From: an uncultured Deinococcales bacterium
Lineage (GTDB): Bacteria > Deinococcota > Deinococci > Deinococcales > JAAFIG01
NCBI GenBank assembly: GCA_964247135.1
Contig: CAXTTL010000005.1
Coordinates: forward strand, 1 to 63,645
DNA length: 63,645 nt
Direction of reading: 5' to 3'
The first letter of the stretch is position 1. Every line of letters starts with the position of its first letter. Below, one piece after another: positions 57,515 to 63,645 of the stretch. The position numbers were made by a program, and so were the translations under genes. The notes under the pieces were generated by a model. That model saw only the letters and a list, made by a program, of their open reading frames with translations. It made no database searches and was not told the origin of the DNA.

Positions 57515-58855
57515 TCATGGTTTGTCAATGCTTGACTCGAGCCTGCCAAACTCGAGGCGCACCGTTGTTCCGACCGAAGGTTGACTGGTGATTTGCACAT
57601 TTCCCTGGTGTGCCTCGACGACCGCTTTGACCACCGCCAAGCCGAGTCCAGAACCCTCAAATCTCGAGTTTCCACGGTGAAAAGCTTCAAACACCAGCTC
57701 GAGTTCGCTGCCGTTCATGCCGATACCCGTGTCGGTCACGGACAAAATCACTTTTTGATCTCCAGCTTCGACCAGCACCCGCACCTCGCCAGCGTTGGTA
57801 AATTTCAGGGCGTTGCCGAGAATATTTTCAAGCGCCCGCTCGAGCATCAAGCGATCACCCATCAGTTTTGCGGCTGTTCCGTCAATGCTCAACTCGAGGT
57901 TTTTGCTGGCAGCGAGCGGCATCAGACGGTCGGTGACCTCGGAGGCAAGATCAGTCAAATCGAGCGCTTGCAATTGCAAATCGCGTTCGGTTTGCGAGAG
58001 TGTCAGGAGGTTATTGATCAGCCGCCGCAAGTGTTGGGCGTTGCGCCAAAAACGCTCGAGCACCGTTTGATTTTCCGTCTCGCTGCGCGGTCTGGCGCGG
58101 TGGGTTTCCAGATCGGCAAGCAACGCCGTGACAGGCGTGCGAAGCTCATGGGCGGCATCGGCAACAAAACGGTTTTGCCGCAGCCTGGAGGCTTGCAGTT
58201 CAGTCAAACTTCCTTCCAAGGCTCGAGCCAAAATGCCGATCTCGTCGGACAAACCAATCCCCGGAATGACTTCACCAGACTCGAGGTTTTCGACGCGGTG
58301 CGCCAGTTTCTCGAGCGGTTGTACGGTTCTGGCAACCACAAAAGCGATCAACAAACCCGCCAACACCGTCGCCACAAGGCTGACCACCGCCACGATGCTG
58401 ACGTACCGTTCCATGTTGCGCGTCATGATCGAAAGTGGTCGCCCCGCCTGAACCGCAAAATCGCCGGAGCGCAAACTGACAATTCGCCAATCGTTGACAT
58501 TGCTGTAGCGAACACTTTGGCTGTTCTGAAAGAACATCGAATCGAGCGGTTCGTTTGGCGCATCATATTTACCCGCACCAGATTCCAATTTTCCTTGAAA
58601 GTACAAAAAAGCAGTGGTCGAACCCGTGGCGGTCACCAAAGCATTTTCCAGATCGACTGAGATTTGAACTGGTTTTCCAAGTTTGGCTTCGTCTTTGGCG
58701 TCATCCAGAATTTGCTGGGCTTGAACCCCCAGCTCTTCGTCCAGATCACGAATCAGGCTGCGCTGCAAGAACACGCCCGTAATGACCGACAAGCCAACCA
58801 ACGCCAGCAAGGTGATGAAGCTCGAGAGCAGCGCCAGTCGAATGCGCAGGCTCAT
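57515..58855 (-). CDS. HAMP sensor histidine kinase
   Basis: DAAHELRTP, NILGNALKF, DTGIG, GSGLGL. Confidence 0.92.
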   Translation of the reverse strand: MSLRIRLALLSSFITLLALVGLSVITGVFLQRSLIRDLDEELGVQAQQILDDAKDEAKLGKPVQISVDLENALVTATGSTTAFLYFQGKLESGAGKYDAPNEPLDSMFFQNSQSVRYSNVNDWRIVSLRSGDFAVQAGRPLSIMTRNMERYVSIVAVVSLVATVLAGLLIAFVVARTVQPLEKLAHRVENLESGEVIPGIGLSDEIGILARALEGSLTELQASRLRQNRFVADAAHELRTPVTALLADLETHRARPRSETENQTVLERFWRNAQHLRRLINNLLTLSQTERDLQLQALDLTDLASEVTDRLMPLAASKNLELSIDGTAAKLMGDRLMLERALENILGNALKFTNAGEVRVLVEAGDQKVILSVTDTGIGMNGSELELVFEAFHRGNSRFEGSGLGLAVVKAVVEAHQGNVQITSQPSVGTTVRLEFGRLESSIDKP

Positions 58856-58882
58856 GACGTGCCTTTGAAATCATTTGCCATG

Positions 58883-59548
58883 TCAGACCTTGGGGAATCT
58901 GTAGCCCATGCCGACCACGGTCTCGACCACCCAAGCCCCAAGTTTGCGCCGCAAGTTTTTGACGTAAACATCGACCACGTTGGTTTCGGCTTCAAATTCC
59001 GATCCCCAGACCCGATCCGCGATCTCTTCACGCGAAAAAACCCGTCCTGGGTTGGACGCCAGCACCTCGAGAATGCCAAATTCTTTGGCGGTCAAATGCA
59101 CGGTTTGCCCCGCTTTGGTCACCAAATGCGACTGCCAATCGAGCTTGAAATCCTGATACTCGAGCACTTTGGCGACACTCGGTCTGGCGCGGCGCAACAA
59201 CGCCCGCAAACGCGCGTGCAACTCGTCAAGCTCGAAGGGTTTGACCAGATAATCGTCGCCCCCCGCATCCAAACCAGCCACACGGTCTGCCAAACTGTCG
59301 CGGGCGGTCAAGAACAAGACCGGACTGGCAAGACCCGCCTCGCGCAAGCTGGCGACCAATTCAAAACCCGCGTTGCCGCCTTCGGGCAGGCGCACATCCA
59401 TGATCAGCGCATCAAACTCGTAATTCTCGAGCAAGCCCTTTGCTTCGGAGGCGTTGGCTGCCTCGTCAACCGCGTAATTGTGCTCTCTTAAGCTCTGCGC
59501 CAAACTTTGGCGAATCGTGGTGTCGTCTTCGGTAATCAGTACGCGCAT
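58883..59548 (-). CDS. OmpR-family response regulator
   Basis: EDD, MDVRLP, LTARD, DDYLVKPF, NVVDVYVKNLRRKL. Confidence 0.94.
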   Translation of the reverse strand: MRVLITEDDTTIRQSLAQSLREHNYAVDEAANASEAKGLLENYEFDALIMDVRLPEGGNAGFELVASLREAGLASPVLFLTARDSLADRVAGLDAGGDDYLVKPFELDELHARLRALLRRARPSVAKVLEYQDFKLDWQSHLVTKAGQTVHLTAKEFGILEVLASNPGRVFSREEIADRVWGSEFEAETNVVDVYVKNLRRKLGAWVVETVVGMGYRFPKV

Positions 59549-59583
59549 GAAAACATCATAAACCCTTCAGGCTATCTCGAGCG

Positions 59584-59601
59584 TTTCATATCGATTTCAT
59601 A
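59584..59601 (-). promoter_or_regulatory. Possible OmpR-type direct-repeat site upstream of the response regulator
   Basis: TTTCATA twice with an 11-bp period, upstream of TATGAT-N6-ATG on the minus strand. Confidence 0.4.
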
Positions 59602-59862
59602 CCTTAAGAGCACACTTTGACTCAGGGATGAAACAAAACGAGATCAAAGCAGCAACGTTCGAGTTTTACATCCCAAAAATAAGATTGATTTGATCTAAAA
59701 GTTATTTTTTAAGTCAAAAAATAGATGTAAATCGTCCTAAAAAATTTAAAACAACAGTTTATTCATTGAAAAATTAACATTCTAATCATTACTCTTTATG
59801 TTTTAACTGTTTCTTCGCCCTCTCGAGCTGTTTTAAACAGCTAAAAGATCAAAGGAGTACTT

Positions 59863-60183
59863 ATGAAAATTGCTAAAAGCATTATTGTTGCCGCCACAAG
59901 CCTCTTGCTCGGAACGGGAATGTTGGTCGCCAACGCCCAAAAAACCACTGGTGCAATGACCAAAACCCCAACTGTTGCAGCCAAAATGGTAAAGATTGCT
60001 CCAGTCAATGTCAACACCGCCAACCTCAAAACCCTCGAGACGCTGCCGGGCGTGGGACCAAAGATCGCCGCCTCAATCATCAAAAACCGTCCTTATAAGA
60101 ATTCAAAAGACCTGGAAACCAAAGTCAAAGGCATCGGACCCAAGGTCTGGAGTGAAATCAAAGCCTACGTGCTGTTCAAGTAG
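59863..60183 (+). CDS. ComEA-like helix-hairpin-helix secreted protein
   Basis: VNVNTA..LETLPGVGPKIA..RPY..VKGIGPK. Confidence 0.88.
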   Translation: MKIAKSIIVAATSLLLGTGMLVANAQKTTGAMTKTPTVAAKMVKIAPVNVNTANLKTLETLPGVGPKIAASIIKNRPYKNSKDLETKVKGIGPKVWSEIKAYVLFK

Positions 60184-60222
60184 CACTTTTTTCAGGTAAG
60201 ACTCGCGGCGTCCCAAGGAAAA

Positions 60223-60256
60223 TCCCGTCAGGCTTTGGCTTGACGGGAACTTTTTT
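60223..60256 (+). terminator. Intrinsic terminator
   Basis: TCCCGTCA...TGACGGGA followed by TTTTTT. Confidence 0.7.
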
Positions 60257-60274
60257 GGTCTGTTTTCTAATGGT

Positions 60275-60871
60275 TTAACCAGCCATGTTTTTGAGCCAGA
60301 ACGTCATGGGCTTGGGCGTCTCGAGTTCTTCGCCAATTTCTTGCCACGAAAAAAACGTGGTTAATTCTGGGCGTTTTTCAAAACCTTGAGCCTGCCAAAA
60401 CGTGTCCAGATCACGGTGGGAGGCTGGACGCGACGGATGATTTGGTGGTCGCTCCACCGCACAAAACGCCGCCCAAACAAACCCACCCAATTTTTTCGCG
60501 TGATTTTCTCGAGCCTCAAAAAACTGTTTTCCCAACCCATGCCCTCGGTACGCTGGCAGGAGCACGCTTTCCGCCAGATAAAACACGGTTTTTGGGTCAA
60601 AGCCATGCTCCAGAAACGGTTGTTGCACTTCACTGGTTTCAGATTCCAATGGCAAGGCACTCGAAGCCCCAACGATTCGCGTGCCGTCACGCACCACCAC
60701 AATCAAAGCGTTTTCACACTCGAGATAGGTTTGCAAATACTTTGATTCGTAGGTGATCGAACCCGCGTACAGGTACGGAAATTCTTTGAAAACCCTGATT
60801 CTCAAGTCTGCCAAATCATCGATCACCGACGCGGTGCTCATTCCTGTCAGCGCCTCAAGGCTTACATTCAT
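60275..60871 (-). CDS. GNAT-family N-acetyltransferase
   Basis: LRIRVFKEFPYLY, ESVLLPAYRGHGLG. Confidence 0.88.
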   Translation of the reverse strand: MNVSLEALTGMSTASVIDDLADLRIRVFKEFPYLYAGSITYESKYLQTYLECENALIVVVRDGTRIVGASSALPLESETSEVQQPFLEHGFDPKTVFYLAESVLLPAYRGHGLGKQFFEARENHAKKLGGFVWAAFCAVERPPNHPSRPASHRDLDTFWQAQGFEKRPELTTFFSWQEIGEELETPKPMTFWLKNMAG

Positions 60872-61266
60872 GCGATCTGCGAAAGCCAATCAGCCAGGTT
60901 GTAATAATTCGTGACCCGAGCAATTTTACCGTCCCGCACCGTAAAAAATGCGCCCCCAGGCAGAGAATACTGTTGCCCCGTGGCTTCTGGCAGACCCGCA
61001 TCGGTGGCTTGGTACGTGCCACTGACCGTGTACTCGGCGGCGGCTCGAGAACCGTCATGGTTCACCATCACATCGAGCGGTTCGATGTGCTCCTGATAGC
61101 ACTCGTTCATTCGCGCCAGAAAAGCGCGAAAGGCTGGTTTGCCACCCTCACGGTTGCTCTCGTTGACATCATGCGCAACATCGTCGGTCAGCAACTCGAG
61201 CATTCCTTCCCAGTCGGCGGTGTTGAAACGCTGGTAATAATTCTGGATCAATTCGGTGGTTGTCAT
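60868..61266 (-). CDS. Ketosteroid isomerase-related (NTF2/SnoaL-like) protein
   Basis: YYQRFN..DDVAHDVN, TDAGLPEA, RVTNYYNL. Confidence 0.88.
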   Translation of the reverse strand: MTTTELIQNYYQRFNTADWEGMLELLTDDVAHDVNESNREGGKPAFRAFLARMNECYQEHIEPLDVMVNHDGSRAAAEYTVSGTYQATDAGLPEATGQQYSLPGGAFFTVRDGKIARVTNYYNLADWLSQIA

Positions 61267-61302
61267 CTCGAGAATTCTAACTTCTTGGTGTTACAAAGAA
61301 AA

Positions 61303-61328
61303 CCCTGTCAAGTTTTAACTTGACAGGG
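61303..61328 (-). terminator. Intrinsic terminator after slyD
   Basis: CCCTGTCAAGTT-TT-AACTTGACAGGG with a T-run on the minus strand. Confidence 0.7.
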
Positions 61329-61357
61329 CGGCAAGATTGTAAGGCGTTGCAAAAAAA

Positions 61358-61828
61358 TTAATTGTGGTGATGCCCGTCGTGCGAGTGCCCATGCTCGAGT
61401 TCATCGGGTGTGGCGTCCCGAATGCCCACAACCTTCACTTCAAACTCGAGTTCTTGCCCCGCCAGCGGGTGGTTGAAATCGACCAGCACTTGATCGCCTT
61501 CGATGGCAAGCACGTTGAAGCTGATCGGGTTGCCCTCGCTGTCCTCGCCCGAGTAGGTCTGCCCAATCTCGAGTTCGGTGTCAAAGCTCGACATGGGAAT
61601 GTTCTGCATTCCCTCCTCGTCGAATTCGCCGTAACCTTCATGCGGTTCGACTTTTACCGTTTTACTCTCACCGACCGCCATGCCCGTCAAGGCATTCTCG
61701 AGTCCGACCACGATGTTGCCGTGTCCGTGAAGATAGGAGAGCGGTTCGCCAAGGCTCTCGTCAATCACGTCACCTTCGACCCGCAACTTGTACTCGAGGG
61801 CAACGACTTTGTCTTTTTGAATGTTCAT
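61358..61828 (-). CDS. slyD: FKBP-type peptidyl-prolyl isomerase SlyD
   Basis: YLHGHGN, DFNHPLAG, His-rich tail. Confidence 0.93.
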   Translation of the reverse strand: MNIQKDKVVALEYKLRVEGDVIDESLGEPLSYLHGHGNIVVGLENALTGMAVGESKTVKVEPHEGYGEFDEEGMQNIPMSSFDTELEIGQTYSGEDSEGNPISFNVLAIEGDQVLVDFNHPLAGQELEFEVKVVGIRDATPDELEHGHSHDGHHHN

Positions 61829-61888
61829 GGAACTCCTCTTCGCACCGATTGGTGACTTCAGGAGTTTAGCAGACTATTCTAAAATTCA

Positions 61889-62908
61889 TCAGGGTGTACC
61901 CTCACGCAGCAACTCGCCCAACCTCGAGACGCAACGGGCGTACTTTTTGGCGTAGCCACCGTGTTTGTAAGACTCGAGGAAGAGGTCGGCAATTTCGCAA
62001 CCGCTGGCTGAAAGCCGAATTTCGCGGTCGTAAAGTTTATCGATAAAATGCACGAACCGCAGCGCAGCGTCTTGTTTTAAAATTGGGTTTAAACCCGTGA
62101 TAAACACGCCTTGTAGACCCTCGAGCAAACCGACGTAACGAATCGGGTGAAGTTTCTCGAGGTGGGCGTTCAAATCGCTGAACGATGCCAGGGTTTTAAC
62201 GCCCTCAAAAGTTTGAAATTGAGTCTCGAGTTGCAGGTCGCTTAACGGATGCGGGGCGCTTAAACCCTCACGGTGACGGTAATCTGGACCGTCAATCTTT
62301 AAACCCTCGAACCTGTTGGCGATGCTTTGAATCTCGCGTTTGAAATCGTCAGCGTTGAACCGTCCCTCGCCGAGTTGGTTGGGCAGCGTGTTGGAGGTCG
62401 TGACCACTCGGGTTCCGTTTGGCATCAAACGCCCGAAGAACATGGCGACCATGAGCGTATTACCCACGTCATCAAGCTCAAATTCGTCGAGGCAAATCAA
62501 TTTGTATTTTGCAAAAGCCCGCACCGCCTTTTCCATGCCGAGCGCCCCGATGGTGTAGACCAGTTCGGCAAAGCTCAGAAAAACCTTTTCGAGTTTGGCT
62601 TCAAACCAAGTCGCCGCCAGCAAATGGGTTTTGCCCACGCCAAAGCCGCCATCGAGGTACAAACTGGGGCTGATGTCAGGTTTTTTGAACAAGCCAAAAC
62701 CCTTGCGCGGCGTTCCTTCGGGTACAAAACGCTCGAGCCTGATTTTGGCGGCTTCTTGCGAGGAAAATGCAGGATTGGGCTGATAATTTGAAAACCGCAC
62801 ACCGGCAAAACGTGGCGGCGGAACAAAAGTCTCGAGCAGACGAATTGGATCAACGGCGGCGTTGCGTTCTTGAAGGTTGATGATTTGCGACGTTGAAACC
62901 TCTGGCAT
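61889..62908 (-). CDS. zapE: AFG1/ZapE-family ATPase
   Basis: YLDGGFGVGKTHLLA, DEFELDD, TSNTLP, DGPDYRHR. Confidence 0.9.
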   Translation of the reverse strand: MPEVSTSQIINLQERNAAVDPIRLLETFVPPPRFAGVRFSNYQPNPAFSSQEAAKIRLERFVPEGTPRKGFGLFKKPDISPSLYLDGGFGVGKTHLLAATWFEAKLEKVFLSFAELVYTIGALGMEKAVRAFAKYKLICLDEFELDDVGNTLMVAMFFGRLMPNGTRVVTTSNTLPNQLGEGRFNADDFKREIQSIANRFEGLKIDGPDYRHREGLSAPHPLSDLQLETQFQTFEGVKTLASFSDLNAHLEKLHPIRYVGLLEGLQGVFITGLNPILKQDAALRFVHFIDKLYDREIRLSASGCEIADLFLESYKHGGYAKKYARCVSRLGELLREGTP

Positions 62909-62939
62909 GACGCTCAAAACTAACATATTGCATTGAGGG

Positions 62940-63419
62940 CTAACGTTCACCGAGCGGGATACTGGTTTGATCCGTCCGCACCAGCATCCAAATTTGCCTG
63001 ATCGCGCCAACATGGTAAGCAACGTGAGAGGTGTTGCTCATCAATAAATTCAATAATTTTGGATTCCATTCGGTGCTCAAAGAAATCAAGGTTTTCAAAG
63101 TCTCGCACTCGGTCTGAAGTGCCGTTTTCAAAGCCTCCCAGGCATCACCATCGACGCCCGAGGTTTTCCACGCCAGACTCCAATCGGGTTGTGGCTTCTC
63201 GAGCTTGACCCAGGCGCTCACAACGTTGATCACATACCGCAGGTGCTCGCAGTGCGCGGCGATGCTCGAGCGACCAGGCGCGGGAAGCTTCGAGGCTGTG
63301 GCGGCATCAATTTGCGCCAGGGTCAGGAACAAACCTTCAAACCAACCCTCGTCAAAACGGGCGTTCAGGGCTTCATCAAAATTCTCGAGCAGGACCGCGT
63401 TCAGGGCTTCAATGTTCAT
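62940..63419 (-). CDS. DinB-family protein
   Basis: SIAAHCEHL and HVAYHVGAIRQ. Confidence 0.85.
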   Translation of the reverse strand: MNIEALNAVLLENFDEALNARFDEGWFEGLFLTLAQIDAATASKLPAPGRSSIAAHCEHLRYVINVVSAWVKLEKPQPDWSLAWKTSGVDGDAWEALKTALQTECETLKTLISLSTEWNPKLLNLLMSNTSHVAYHVGAIRQIWMLVRTDQTSIPLGER

Positions 63420-63459
63420 GGCTCGAGTTTAGAGGACAAGGGTTGCGATTTGATGACGT

Positions 63460-63645
63460 TTAAATTCTGCCCAGCGCCAACAATCGGCTGGGAATACCGT
63501 GTTCTGCGCCCCTGGTTTCCTGGCTGAGTCCAAGCAAGCGGGTGTTTTCTGGCAACCGGATAAAATTGGAACCGGCAATAAACGCCTCGAGCGGCACGGC
63601 GTGCGGATCGCGGTCGCGCAGCGTCCGGCGCACCGGCCACGCGAA
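63460..63645 (-). CDS. 3' end of a CDS entering from the right edge (function unknown)
   Basis: Open frame FAWPVRR...LLALGRI* from the window end to TAA at 63460. Confidence 0.45.
   Translation of the reverse strand, partial: FAWPVRRTLRDRDPHAVPLEAFIAGSNFIRLPENTRLLGLSQETRGAEHGIPSRLLALGRI

Noticed and set aside
57581-59491. Long plus-strand ORFs (359 and 275 aa); similarly 20291-21049 and 2064-2840
   Set aside because: Antisense shadows of well-supported minus-strand genes, with no recognisable motifs.

Overview
63.6 kb bacterial chromosomal segment, probably from the Deinococcota. The evidence is a Thermus/Deinococcus-type V/A-ATPase operon (G-I-K-E-C-F-A-B-D) and many leaderless TAnnnT-N6/7-start promoters. 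I found about 60 CDSs and no rRNA, tRNA or CRISPR. Main observations: (1) A low-GC, CTCGAG-poor block (about 27.5-32.8 kb) looks like an undescribed peptide-signalling cassette. A secreted 82-aa precursor carries tandem GRSGMWA repeats, and the same GRSGMWA sequence is repeated at the prodomain junction of a nearby S8 lipoprotein protease. A TPR/HD-GYP protein and an MFS transporter lie between them. (2) An adjacent SARP/BTAD regulator has a readable candidate operator (TTGGAACG x2, 11-bp period, exactly 10 nt before a -10 box) at two promoters. (3) A candidate envelope electron-transfer cluster contains a putative beta-barrel, YceI, a pentaheme cytochrome c, two Tat lipoproteins with Rieske domains on 6- and 4-unit Ig-like stalks, a dedicated tatA and a polyferredoxin. 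(4) The palindrome CTCGAG is strongly over-represented, much like cyanobacterial HIP1. Also present are an internally deleted RAYT, REP-like repeats, an S15-like/RG-rich disordered protein with a hairpin-rich leader, a minimal RNA-ligase-like protein and back-to-back ECF sigma modules. All functional calls come from motif recognition by eye; no database searches were run.
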